Assembly: GCF_009914755.1 (NCBI RefSeq)
Contig: NC_060937.1
Direction: 5' to 3' (one strand)
Origin: the human T2T-CHM13v2.0 reference genome, Homo sapiens
Length of the DNA stretch: 64,000 nucleotides
The notes under the pieces were generated by a model. That model did no database searches and was not told the origin of the DNA. It saw only the letters and a program-made list of their open reading frames with translations. Positions 23,344 to 44,057 of this stretch are shown here, piece by piece; positions within the stretch are counted from its first letter, which is position 1; each line of letters starts with the position of its first letter. The position numbers and the translations under genes were made by a program.

Positions 23344-24014
23344 TGAGGTGGGAAGTTAAAGAAAGAAAAATAAAATTAAAAAGAGAAATAAGGTTTCCTA
23401 TATTAGGCTGACTTGTCCCAGAGGCAGCAACAGGCACAGCCCAGACCCAGGGAAAGTCTTGATAATGCTATCTATCTAAGAAGCCAGGACACAAAGGAAT
23501 GTGCTCTGGAGACTCTCCCAGCACTCCCTCAACATAGGGAGAAGAAAAACAAATTTTCATTTGTTTTATGGTATGAGTTTATAAATTCCATTCTCTGTAA
23601 CTGGTGACTTCAAGTATTCTGTTTTATCTAAGTAGTGGAGTGGTCATAAACCGTCTGAGCAGGCCACCTGGGCGCCATAGTGAAGGCCGTGGAATAAGCC
23701 ATGCTAGGCACTAGGCAAACCTAGATAATGGACATCTGGGCTGCATGGCAATGGTCATGTGTAATCCTGAGTTATGAACCTGTTACAATTTGATTAACTG
23801 TCTTTGTCCTGCCTCTGTATCGCTGCATTCGTGCCACTGTAAGCCTGCTTCAAGCTAGCCCACCCCTTTTTAAAGTGTGTATAAAAGTCAAGTGCTGTCT
23901 TTGTTCTGGGCCCAGTCTTTGGATGTTAAGTCCGCTGGGTCTGAGTGCACTCATTAAAGATATCCTCCTGTATACACCCCATGGTCTCTCTCTGGTCCTC
24001 CTGATTCCGCCACA
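23344..24014 (+). mobile_element. Solo ERV1-class LTR (LTR15-like), 671 bp
   Basis: TG...CA termini; 4-bp TSD AAAG (23340-23343, 24015-24018); TATAAAA near 23880 and ATTAAA near 23953. Confidence 0.8.
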
Positions 24015-24134
24015 AAAGTACTAAGGAGAGAGCTAGGAATTTAGGAGATGGTGCTTAGGATGGTTGCTTGAAATACAGATTATGAAGGGGATACTGTTGT
24101 TGAGAATGAGAAGTTCATAGGATATCCAGCAGAT

Positions 24135-24625
24135 AATGTTGTGGACATTTGCTTCTTTAACCAGTATCCATTTACTTTGACATTGTTGCAGAATCTTGAT
24201 TGTGCTTGTGGAAACCACTGTTTCCCCTTTTCAATCTGTGTGATTTTAATGGTATTGACTACCCTTCCGCAAAGATGTCATTGACTCAGGCTGGCCAGTG
24301 AAGTATCTCATCTCTGGGCACAGTGATAGGTCCAAGAAAGGGCACACACCCTTGTCAGCTTGATGAAAGACAAATTTTCGCTAGGGACTTCTGGGAAGAA
24401 GACTTATGCTCTTCGGGAGCTGCCTCTGCCATCTTGCTGCCTGAGGTGGGGGTCTGCCAAATAACTGAGTTAACATGGGGGAGGGATAGATAAGAAATAG
24501 TGAAAGAGTCCTGAGGGCATCATTTGAGCCCTTAATGAAGCCACCTTAAAGCTACCTCTGGAATTTTTTGTTATTTGGCACATGAAATCCTCTTTAAGTG
24601 GGTTTTCTGTCACCTGTAATTAAAG
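24135..24625 (+). mobile_element. Old MLT1 (J/K/L-like) LTR
   Basis: ctctgggcacagtgat...ctgccatcttgctgcc...tttgagccc...gtgggttttctgtcacctgtaa motifs. Confidence 0.5.
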
Positions 24626-24984
24626 GAGACCGAATGGGTAGGTACAGTCATCGTAAGGAGTTTGCCAAATCCTCTAAGCTTGTTTGGATGAATGGAGTAG
24701 AGTGTAGTGGAAGTTTTGTTGAGATATGGAATCTTCAAAATCCTCCTTCCCTTAGATCTATTACATACTCTTCTTTAGCATGTATACCCTTGTGAGAGGT
24801 AGTATGGTCTAGTGAAGAGAGCAGAAGACCAGTCTGGAGTTGAGTCTTGAATCTGATCCTGGCTTCTTGAGTTATTTCAACCCTCTGAACCTCAGTTTTC
24901 TCATCTGTAGGATGAGGAGAATGTGATTTTGCAGGGCAATTGGAAGGATGAAACAGGATAGTGGATGTTTAGCATGGTACCTGA

Positions 24985-25612
<628 letters not shown>

Positions 25613-26077
25613 CTGTTCAGTAACTTTTAATGTGAAGAGTGCATACATAATTGAACAAATACCATCAGGGGCTTCTTTTCATCCTTCTATTCCTGAATTT
25701 TTGCTGTACCAAGGTACTGCAATTTATTTGACTAGTGGTCAAGTCGTGTTTTTTTGCACATGAAGTACTGCTAGGTAGAATTTCTTTCCTTCTCAGCTTT
25801 GGCAGCTAGACTGTCACTCCAAATTTGTCATGAAAAAATAATGACACTTGACACTTACTGAGTAATTGCTTTGTGTAAGGTGTTATGCTTTATACTTGGT
25901 GTATCTCATTTACTCCTAATAATAGGATAACTTTCAAGGTATGCCCTGATTCCAGAGTCCAAATTACTTTTTAGAAGAAATGAGATAAGGTATATAGTAG
26001 GGATTCAGCATATATCATCCACTTTTCCTTTTTGGGAATTAAAGTCCTTCTTATTGCATGTATCCAGTTACAACACA

Positions 26078-26325
26078 ATATAGTGTATTGGTTAAGAACA
26101 CAGACCCTGGAGGCAGAATGCCTGGGTTCAAATCCTGTCTCCATCTTTACTAATTGTATAACCTTGAGTAAATTGTATAGTCCCTGAGTGCCTCAAATTC
26201 ATCATCTGTAAAATGGGGGTAATAGTACCTGTTCCATAGAGATGTGAGGATTAAATGTGTCAATCTATATAAAGTGCTTACAACAGTGTCAGGAAGGCAG
26301 GATTATATAAATGTTAGCTATGCTG
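26078..26325. mobile_element. MIR SINE
   Basis: ggttaagaacacagaccctggag...cctgggttcaaatcct...catctgtaaaatggggg core. Confidence 0.8.
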
Positions 26326-26787
26326 TTTAATAATCCTTTTATATTAGCAGCCTCTTCTTCACAGTAGTCAAAGTTACAATTTTCTACATAATAAAACTTG
26401 ACTTTTGAAATAATCGTAAGCCCAGTGGTGTTTCTAAATAATGCTGTTACTATAGTGAGTGCTGTTCTCTTCTGAGAAGCCTTTTCTGATAGCCTTTCTC
26501 TTCTGTGACCTTTAATTGGACTTATTTGGGAAGATAAGTTGGTGCTTTATTATTGTTAGGTTATTTGACCTATGTTAGTTTTGTGTTGCCACCTCGATTA
26601 AGTTCTTTGAGAGCTAAAATCATTTTTTACGTGTCTTAGTATTTTATATAGTGTAAAACATACAGTAGTAACTTGATAATGATCCCTTATTAGAGGCAGA
26701 AAATAAAAATAGAAGCAATATATCATTTTATGTTTGAAAAGATGTTAGCATCTAAAATAGACTTATTAGTGTTTTACTTTGTTTTAG

Positions 26788-26861
26788 GTTCCTAAATATT
26801 TGTCACAGCAATGGGCTAAAGCCTCTGGAAGAGGTGAAGTTGGGAAACTGCGGATTGCCAA
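26788..26861 (+). CDS. GTF2F2: GTF2F2 exon 2
   Basis: acceptor ttttactttgttttag|; 74 nt = VPKYLSQQWAKASGRGEVGKLRIA + AA; donor CAA|gtaagt; in frame with exon 1. Confidence 0.97.
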
Positions 26862-27491
26862 GTAAGTTATTTACATATTCTTGACATTTTAAAAAGCTAT
26901 TTTTGAAATTTTTATAAGTGCTTTTAAAAGTGATTATAATTTCTGATCAGAGTTTACTTGGAAAATGACAAGTAATGAGCATGTCAAGGCTTGTCAGGAG
27001 ATGGTTAGGTGCCCTGTAAGGAGACATCCTTGCACATACACACATATCCCCACACCCACACTCCTAGTGACTGGTGGTATAAATATAATATCAAGTTTAT
27101 TGGTTTACCTTAATGGCGGTGAAGCAGCAGATTATGTAGTTCTTTCACCCCTCCATCCTGTCTGCCTCCTTGAGCAGGTTTGCTTAGGCTGGGTATAACT
27201 GGATGCACCAAGGAAAGTACTTGCAGCAGGACTTTGCCACTGTACCACTGGGCCTACTTATAGGGGCTTTGGAAGTGGGTGGGGAGTATCTAGAAAACAG
27301 TGTAACAATATAGTTTTCTGGTTGAGGAAATGGCCTTGTTAGAAAGGAAAGCCTCTAAAGCTCAGCTAGTGTCAGCTGGAGGCCTTGTGTTCCATTCTTT
27401 CTATCCATTCATTCTTAACCAACTCCATTCAGATTCGTATGTCCATGATTCCATTGAAACAGCTCTTGTCTGTTACTGGTATCTTCCTCTT

Positions 27492-27885
27492 TATCAATTA
27501 GCTTTTGCTTCATAACAAACCATCCCAAAACTTAGTGGCTTAGAACAAAAGCCATTTTATTTGCTGATAATTCTATGGATCAATTCTGGTTGGGGCTGGC
27601 CTGGGCGGCCTTCCTGGCAAGGATGTCCTCACTTGTATGTGGTGGTTGAGTTGACATTAGCAGGGGCAACAGCTATTTATTTCATCTCTAGCAAGCTCAT
27701 TCACATGATGGTGAAAGAGTTCTAGTAGGAAAAGAGGAAGCCCCAGTGCACAAGCACTTTGAAAGCCTGTGCTTGTGTCACATTTGCTAAAGTCCTTTTG
27801 ACCAAAGCAGCTCACATGGCCAAGCCCAGATTCAGTTATGGGAAAACAGACTCCACCTTTTGATGGAAGCTGCTGCAAAAAAAAC
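27492..27885 (-). mobile_element. MLT1-family MaLR LTR
   Basis: taacaaaccatcccaaaacttagtggcttagaacaa...tcacatggccaagcccaga. Confidence 0.65.
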
Positions 27886-27917
27886 TTGTGTTCCTTATTT
27901 ATTTATTTATTTATTTC

Positions 27918-28020
27918 AAAATATGGAATACTTCCTAATTCGCATGTCATCCTTGTGCAGGGGCCATGCTCATCTTCTCTGTATTGTTCCAATTTTAGTA
28001 TATGCTGCTGAGGCGAGCAC
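27918..28020 (-). pseudogene. U6 snRNA pseudogene, full length
   Basis: reverse complement GTGCTCGCCTCAGCAGCATATACTAAAATTGGAACAATACAGAGAAGATGAGCATGGCCCCTG...TTCCATATTTT; (TAAA)n tail; TSD tgttcctt at 27889-27896 and 28022-28029. Confidence 0.95.
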
Positions 28021-28354
28021 ATGTTCCTTTTCATAATCGGCCACGTCCACATTCCTAAATCCAAGAGTCAACTAGCAGCTCTCTTACTTGAACTTCGGTG
28101 GAATTTGACATAGTTGATCACTTTTTTCCTGAGACTTTTTTTTCCCCACTTTACTCTAGGACACATCTCTTCTCCTCTCGCCTCATTGGCTGTTCCTTCT
28201 TAGTTTCTTGCTAAGCCCCTTCTCATCTTCTGTCTCTAAATGTTATGTGACCCCAGGACTCAGTCCTTAGTTCTTTCCTTTTCTCTCTTTTCACTTCCTG
28301 GGTGTTCTCATTTGGTCTCATGGCTTTAAGTACCAGGTGGTATTTAAATATACA

Positions 28355-29395
28355 GTTCAGGATGCTTCTGCCCTCCGTGGAGGCACCGTGCTCAGGAAGG
28401 TCCTTATTTTCTTTGTGTTCCATGCCCTGGCTGTGACTTTCTCCACACTACTCCCAGAATCAACCACTGACCTACTAGAATTGACCGCTGATCTAGAGTT
28501 AACCACAGACCAAGATTTAACCATTAACCTAGACTTGACCACGGACCTAGAGCCAACCACAGAACACGCAGGCTCTGGAATTCTTTACTGATGTGGAGTC
28601 AGCCAACTCTAGCTTTGTGGAAGAAGCTGCTGAGGCCACAGCTGATTATAATCCATTTCAGAGAACTTGTGAGTGACGATTATGATGTGAGTGAAGATCA
28701 GTATTATTATTATTTTTCGAGACAATGTCTCACTCTGTTGCCCTTGCTGGAGTGCTGTGGCGTGATCTCAGCTCACTGTATCCTCTGCCTCCCGGGTTCA
28801 AGCGATTCTCCTGCCTTAGCTTCCTGAGTAGCTGGGCTTATAGATGTGCGCCAGCATACCTGACTAATTTTTGTATTTTTAGTAGAGACGGGGTTTCGCC
28901 ATGTTGGCCAAGCTGGTCTTGAACTCCTGACCTCAAGTGAGCCACCTGCTTTGGCCTCCTAAAGTGCTGGGATTACAGGCGGTAGCCACTGTGCCCGGCC
29001 GCGAGTGAAGATTATTATGAATGCTGTTTATTCCAAAGAGCCCATCATTAGAGTGACAGACAAGCTTAGCAGATTCACAGGAAGCAATGAGTCCATCTCA
29101 GCGCATGTTAAAGCAAATTTTTAGTTAGCTGTGACTATGACTGTTATCCACTACTTTCTAAGAAGATTCTGAGCTTTAAGACAAGCCTGTTACTCCACTA
29201 TAGGAGATTGCATAATGGTAGAAAACTAGTGAAATGTAGGATGTACCCAGCTGAGGAGAAACAGCAAGACATTGATCCTGGGTTGGGTGATGTGAATTGT
29301 GCATGGATGGGGCAGGGGCATTTCTTAGCTGTGTCTCATTTAATATGGGCTCAATAAATGTTCATTTCAACTGAAAATAAGTAAAAATCAAAAAA
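28355..29395 (+). pseudogene. Putative processed pseudogene of an unidentified secreted-type protein, interrupted by an Alu
   Basis: Kozak-like gcaccGTG (28388), hydrophobic leader LRKVLIFFVFHALAVTFS, six ~18-nt repeats, frameshifts and stops, AATAAA at 29353, A-rich tail 29374-29395; L2-like sequence on both sides. Confidence 0.6.
28703..29000 (-). mobile_element. AluS inserted in the putative retrocopy
   Basis: Alu dimer; flanking repeat gagtgaagat. Confidence 0.9.
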
Positions 29396-29891
29396 TGTAT
29401 TTACACACCTCTCTCTCTGTCCACGCTCGTAATTCTGACTGTGTTGTTGATGTTTGGACTGTGTCCTCGGATGTCCTCGGATGTTTCAGAAGCATCTCAA
29501 ACTTAATAATTGCTATTCTTCTGTTTTTTCTCTCTGTAACACTCTTCCTTTAGATAATCCCCATGCCTTACTCCCACATTTCTTTTCGGTCTCTGTTCAC
29601 AATTTCAGCTCATTGAGGTATTTTCTGGCCACCATATGTAAAATAGCACCCTGCAGGCTCTATCTCCCTTACCCTCTTATTATTCACTGTTCTTTTGTGT
29701 TGTTATTTATTCTCCTTCTACTATACCCATCTGACATACTGTATATTTGTTTATGTGTTGTTCATATCGCCTACTAAAGTATAAACTCTACCAGGTCAGG
29801 ATTTTTGTCTTGATGATTACTATATCTCCATTGTCTAGAACAATGCTTGGCATAGTAGACACTGTGTTCTAAAGTTAGGTGGGGACAAGTA

Positions 29892-30381
29892 CAGTTGTCC
29901 CTCAGTACCTGCAGGAGATTGGTGTCTGGCATGCCCCATCTCCCATACCAAAATCTACCATGCTCAAGTCCTTTATATAAAATGGCACAGTATTTACGTA
30001 TAACCTACACACATCCTTCTGTATACTTTAAAGCATCTCTAGATTACTTATAACTAATACAGTGTAAAAACTATGTAAATAGTTGTTACTATTTGTTTTT
30101 CTCTTTTTTTTGAAACAGGGTCTCACTCTGTTCCCAGGACTACAGGCAAGCACTGCCATGCCCAGCTAATTTTTTTTTTTTTTTTCTCGTAGAGGCAGAG
30201 TCTCCCTGTGTTGCCTTGGTTGGTCTCAAACTCCTGGGCTTAAGGGATCCTCCCTCCTCAGCCCCTAAAGTGTGGGTGTTACAGGCATGAACCACCATGC
30301 CCAGCCGATGTTTAAAATATTTTCAGTCTGCAGTTGGTTGACTCCACGAATATTGACCACTCAGATATAGGGGGCCAACTG
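29892..30381. mobile_element. MER2 (TcMar-Tigger) DNA transposon containing an internally deleted Alu (~30100-30306)
   Basis: terminal inverted repeats CAGTTGTCCC... / ...GGGCCAACTG flanked by TA target duplication. Confidence 0.8.
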
Positions 30382-31450
30382 TAATATCTCGTTTTCTCAA
30401 GGAATGATTGAGTATATGTTCATAGTGGAGTCAGGCTTGTATTCTGGCCTTTTATTGGTCAGAAAACTCCAGCATGTCCTAGTTCTAACTCAATCATTTA
30501 CTATGAGTGAGACTTTGTACAAGTCACTGAATCTTCTGACTTTAGATTTCTTATCCTAAAAGTTGCCTTTTTGCAGGGCTTTTATATGAATCCATTAAGA
30601 TAATATGGAAATAGTTATTTATTTGTATATTTAAGTTTATAAGATGAACATATTCCTGGAAAGTTGTAGATGTGTCACATTTTTATGAGTTGTCATACTT
30701 TTATTGAAAGAGAAAAATAATATTGAAATGTACAGGTTTTTTTTCCCTCAATGTGAAGTTCTTTGTAATGTACATAATTAGCTACTGTTCTGTAATGAAC
30801 TTCAGAGTTTTTTATATTAGGTTTTACTGAAATGGGAGCCACAACCAAGATAAAATCTCAGGAATGTATGTCACTGAAGAAAGGCAGGCTAAAGGAGAGA
30901 GTACTTAGATGATGAACCTCATGGTATTGTGGAGTGCCTTCACAATACAGCTCAAGACCTGGCTTCTAGTCCTGAATGGCTGTTGATAGTTGTTTGGCTT
31001 TGGGCCTTACACTTCTTGTTTGTAAAATGTGGATAATAATGCCTTCCCAACCCATAGGATGTTTATAAAACATTAAATAGCTTAGCATTTGTTAAAATAT
31101 TTGTAAACTCAAATGTTCTCCTTCCATGTAATATTCATGTCCCATGAATAATACATTCCTGAAAACCTCTATGTAAAGAAAATACCTGGTTCAGAAATAT
31201 AGTATCTCTTTTTGGGAGGAGGGGGAAAATATTACAGGAAAAAGAGTGAAAGGAAACAAGGCTGAGAGAAACCCATGTAAATCTCAAGTACCACTTTGAT
31301 CACTAAAGTAAAATATTAAAGATAGCATGCTAAATAAGCAATAATGGGCATGCTGCAATTTTTCCTTATGAATCCTTGCTTGGTAGAAAATCTCAAGGTC
31401 TTTTTCTTTCTTAGTTTAAAGCAGATGGTCCACATAGTTGCTAATCCACA

Positions 31451-31576
31451 TAGGGTGGCTAAACCTCCAGGTTTGCCTGGAACCCTCCCAGTTTATGTGT
31501 TTCCCTATGCAATTATTAATAGTGCCCCCTTTTCCACTCTCCAGGGTGTCCTGGTTTTGATAATATAGTTGTCCTA
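31451..31576. mobile_element. MER94-like hAT-Blackjack MITE
   Basis: TAGGGTGGC...CCAGGTTTGCCTGG...AATTATTAATAGTGCCCCCTTT...GTCCTA with imperfect TIRs. Confidence 0.65.
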
Positions 31577-32221
31577 AGTGTTAGCAGATGTGTGTGTAGG
31601 GGTAGGGGTGAAGACGGTGGGTAGTTATTCTATGCATTACTAGGCTGATTTATGAGCTGGCATTGTTTGATTTCTCTAGGGATCCAACCAAAGTTCCTTA
31701 CAAATACTGTGTGTGTGTGTTTTAGTGTATAAGTAATACCTACTTTCTTGTTTTTTTTCCTTTAAAATTTTTACAAAATGAAAAGGTCTCTGTTTTCCCC
31801 ATTCACATGCTTTAGAGGTGGCCATGGGTAACTGCTTGGTATGTAAGCCTCCAGATTACTCTCCATACAAATCATTTTGGGTGTTTAATACGGACAAAGT
31901 TTTAAAACATTGTTATGTTTTAAATCCACTAACCAGAGCAAGGTATTTTTCTAACCCCTTTAGGCTTAGTTTTGCTAACTTCAGAACATAGCACAGAAGT
32001 CTGATTTTGCTTTCCTTGTTGTTCTCTCTTGTATGTAGTTCTGAGGCTTTGGTTTACTTTGTTGCATCTTGATCTCTTCCCTAGAGTACATGGCCAGTAC
32101 TTACATTCCTTGTTTTTCTCACTTTAGTCTTGAATTCTTTTGAAAGTAAAACCTCAGTAGAAGTGAGTTGAAATTATTTTATTCAAATCAGTTTCCTCAA
32201 CCACAGTTGAAGAAAAAGTAA

Positions 32222-39505
<7,284 letters not shown>

Positions 39506-39823
39506 GGAAAAAGAAAATGTAAAAAAGAAAAAAGAATTGTAATAAGATCATTATTTGCATAAAATAGAACTAGCAGAGGTTATAATAGTGTTAAGTGACA
39601 TAAACTCATAATATCCAAAATAATGATGTGTGATTAATGTGAGTTTATTTTTCCCATAAGGTTATAAATAGGATAGTTGTGGGGAGTCAAGGGTAAATAT
39701 TGGTTAATCTCTGTAAATGTAATATTTTATGTAAATATGAAGTTTTTTTTTAAGCTCTTAACTCACATTTGAAAACAACATGAAATCTAAATTATTTTAA
39801 ATATTTCTTTTCCTCTCCTTTAG

Positions 39824-39842
39824 GACTCAAGGAAGGACTGAG
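39824..39842 (+). CDS. GTF2F2: GTF2F2 exon 3 (19-nt microexon)
   Basis: acceptor tttcttttcctctcctttag|; G ACT CAA GGA AGG ACT GAG = (K)TQGRTE; donor GAG|gtaaga; restores phase between exons 2 and 4. Confidence 0.95.
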
Positions 39843-41001
39843 GTAAGATTATTTATATGGAAATTTTAGTTAAAACTTGAGACTATCTTTTCATTAATAA
39901 TAGTGAAAAAAGAGTGTTTGAATTTTGGAAAACTCCACATCAAGTGCATGGCTGATGGTTAAGAACACATAAAGGTATAAATGCCACCCTTGTGTGAATG
40001 AATGGACCCTTTTCTAGTTGTTCATTCTCAGCATTTTTCTTCTTTGACCTACATTTCCCCTCTCTTGGTACCATGAAACTGAGTAAAACTTCTGTAATAC
40101 TTTACTAATACGTTAGTATTACTTCAGTGTGACAAAGGCATTTGATATGGATTTTTTGAGAACTTTAGATTCTGACCCATTGAGGCCAGTTTGTGATTTA
40201 CAATACTTATCACATAGTAGAGATGTTTAATAAATACTTCATAATCTTCCTACATGCTTGGGAGATGAGTAATTTTGTTTATAAGTCTGTTTAGTGTAAA
40301 ATGTGATGTTCTTTTGGGGAGATCTGGTATATAATAAAAAGCATTTTGAAAGAACACCTAGTATGTATTTTTATTCTAAACCTTATTATTGAGCTATCCT
40401 TTTAACTGTTGAGTTGTATTTGTTAAAACAATCAAAAATAATACCATGTACTCATACAGTTGTCATTAAGACATACAAAATAAATACATCCTCTGTTTAT
40501 GGGAGTGTTTAAGCTTTTCAGAGTAAATAGTTCACTTCATCCCCCCCATCTGAAGTACAATTGCTTTCTTAATATTCTTAAAATATTCACTTATTCAGCA
40601 ATATTATTTTCCTTCTATATGCCAGGCACTCTGCTAGATCTTAAAGATATAAAAGATAGTAAGACATGATCCCTTGACCTCAGACCTCAGAGATTTTAGG
40701 GAAAAAAAAAAAATCATCTTTTTTTTTTTTTGAGATGGAGTCTCATTCTGTCATGCCCGGCTAATTTTTGTATTTTTAGTAGAGACAACGTTTTGTCATG
40801 TTGGCCAGGCTGGTCTCAATCTCCTGACCTCAAGTGATCAGCCCACCTCGGCCTCTCAAGGTGCTGGGATTACAGGTGTGAACCACTGCGCCCAGCCAGA
40901 AAAAATAATCTTACTCCTGTTTTGGAGACTTCTTCAGCTACAGACCAGAGAAAACATGAAAACTGTCTTTTTTTATAATGATAGATTAGCCCCATTATTC
41001 T

Positions 41002-41371
41002 TTTTGTTTTTGTTTTTTATTTTCTTATGTTTAGTAATTTTTATTTTATTTCAGGGGTACATGTGTAGGTTTGTTACATAGGTATATTGCATGATGCTGA
41101 GATTTGGGCTGATATTTATTCTGTCACCCAAATAGTGAACATGGTAACCAATAGGTAGTTTTTTAACCCTTGGTCTCCTCTCTCCCTCTCTCTTTTTGGA
41201 GTCCCCAATGTCTGTTGTTCCCATCTTTAGGTCCGTGTCTACCCAATGTTTAGTTCCCACTTGTAAGTGAGAACATGTGGTATTTGGTTTTCTGTTTCTG
41301 CGCTAATTTACATAGGATAATGGCTTCCAGCTGCATCATTGCTGCAAAGGATGTGATTCTGTTATTTTTTT
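41002..41371 (-). mobile_element. 5'-truncated L1 (L1PB-like 3' UTR)
   Basis: ggggtacatgtgtaggtttgttaca...cccacttgtaagtgagaacatg; perfect 17-bp TSD attagccccattattct (40985-41001, 41372-41388). Confidence 0.9.
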
Positions 41372-41740
41372 ATTAGCCCCATTATTCTGACAAATGGGAA
41401 TAGATTATCTTTCTCTCTTTTGTTTTTTTTAAGAGACAGGGTCTTGCTTTGTTGCCAAGGTTGGAGTGCAATGGCTGTTCATAGTGAGCTACAGCCTGGA
41501 ACTCCTGGCCCAAGGAATCCTCTTGCCTCAGCCTCCCAAGTAGCGGGGATTATAGGTGTGCACCAATGTGTCCAGTTTATATTCTCTTTTTATGACCAAG
41601 TATTAAGGAGTTTTTAATAAAGTGTTTAATGAAATGACTGGAAAACACATTTAAAAACAATTTGATTTATAACAAAAATTTATATATATATAGTTTGAAT
41701 ACAGAAGTCTGTTATAATCTCTGGTTAATGTGTCTATTAG

Positions 41741-41885
41741 GTGTCATTTACTTTGAATGAGGATCTTGCAAATATTCATGATATTGGTGGAAAACCAGCT
41801 TCAGTCAGTGCTCCTAGAGAACATCCATTTGTCTTGCAAAGTGTTGGAGGACAGACATTAACAGTATTTACTGAGAGCTCATCAG
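41741..41885 (+). CDS. GTF2F2: GTF2F2 exon 4
   Basis: acceptor tgtctattag|; 145 nt = VSFTLNEDLANIHDIGGKPASVSAPREHPFVLQSVGGQTLTVFTESSS + G; donor CAG|gtaagt; the next RAP30 residues (DKLSLEG...) were not seen, so intron 4 runs off the window. Confidence 0.97.
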
Positions 41886-41934
41886 GTAAGTGGGAATGGA
41901 ATTATTTAATGTGATTCCTGTACATTTTGTATAG

Positions 41935-42147
<213 letters not shown>

Positions 42148-43091
42148 TAGTAGAGACGAGGTTTCTCCATGTTGGTCAGGCTGGTCTCTAACTCCCTACC
42201 TCAGGTGATCTGCCCACCTTGGCCTCCCAAAGTGCTGGGATTACAGGCGTGAGCCACCGCACCCAGCCTCCTGTTTGCTTTTTTAAGGTCATTACCAATA
42301 CTGTTCCATCTCTCATTTTGTCTACCTCTGTTATTCATACTATGCTACTTCTCTGCTCTGTGTACTTTCTTGTGATTAATGAAATTTTGGCCATTACTTG
42401 AGAAGGGTTTAATTTCCATTTGGGATATGAAGATGTAGAACAAAGCAGATGGAAGAATGTGGTTCATCAAGCTGCCTTCTAAGATGTTGAAGAAATAGTA
42501 TTCTGAATTTTGCCAAGATAAGGTCATCCTTGCTTGTTTTAGTAAATTGATATTCAGCAAGTATGAGTTGTACTTAAAAAATACAGTTTGATATTAGGGA
42601 ATATTTTAGTCTGAATTTTTCAACTTGTATGCTTTGTATACCAAGAGGGCCTTTTTATTGCATAGAGATAACTTTTAATTGACACTGGCTTCCAAGAAGT
42701 TTCTGCGTAGAGTTTTAAGATTGTATGTGTTTGCAATGAGATATTTTAACAGTTCAATAGATCAGAAGCAAATGTTTCCATTTGTGAATTAAATACAGAG
42801 AGAACTTTCTTGTGGCACACACTCAGCTTGAGTATATTTTCCTTGTTTTGGGATTTTTATCTGTCACTGAGTTTAGAATACTATTAAAGCAACAGGCCAC
42901 CTTAGCTTAATGGAGCTAATTTTCTCCTATCTAGTTCAAAAAGCTTATTGACAAAAGAAAACATTTGTGATTTTGTTGTATTTCATCAAGCATTTCAAAG
43001 AAAGCTATAAGAAATTATAGTATGTTAAGAACACCATTGTTTAAAAAAAGGAACATCCTCGTAAATTTTTTTTTTTTTTTTTGAGACGTAG

Positions 43092-43187
<96 letters not shown>

Positions 43188-43727
43188 TGAATAGCTGGGA
43201 CTACAGGTGCCCGCCACCATGCCCGGCTAATTTTTTTTTTTTTTTGTATTTTTAGTAGAGACGGGGTTTCACCGTGTTAGCCAGGATGGTCTCGATCTCC
43301 TGACCTCGTGATCCGCCCGCCTCGGCCTCCCGGAGTGCTGGGATTACAGGCATGAGCCACCGGGCCCGGCCGAATTTTTTTTGTGGTATCTTAGATTACC
43401 AATAGCTACATAAAATGATCTAAAAAATTATTCTTTTTTTTCTTGGATGTACAGTATAACAGAATGGTAAATTATAACTCTTCAGTTATGTAGTTGAAGG
43501 TAGAAGGTTGGTTTCATTGCAGTTTTCTGATGCTCTGATAATTAGTAGTGTAGTAGTATGGGAGGCAGAAAATGTTAAAGTAACAGTATCTTCAGTATAT
43601 CCATTTTATACTGTTGAAGATTCAACCCTTCAACAAATATTTATTGCGTGCTACATAGTTCAGGGCATAGTATAGGCCTATCTAAAATTCTGAAATTTGT
43701 CTGAAATTAGAAGCACATTTGAATTCA

Positions 43728-44057
<330 letters not shown>

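Noticed and set aside
27918-28020. Active U6 gene
   Set aside because: Multiple substitutions and small deletions, an A-rich tail and TSD, and no PSE/TATA upstream
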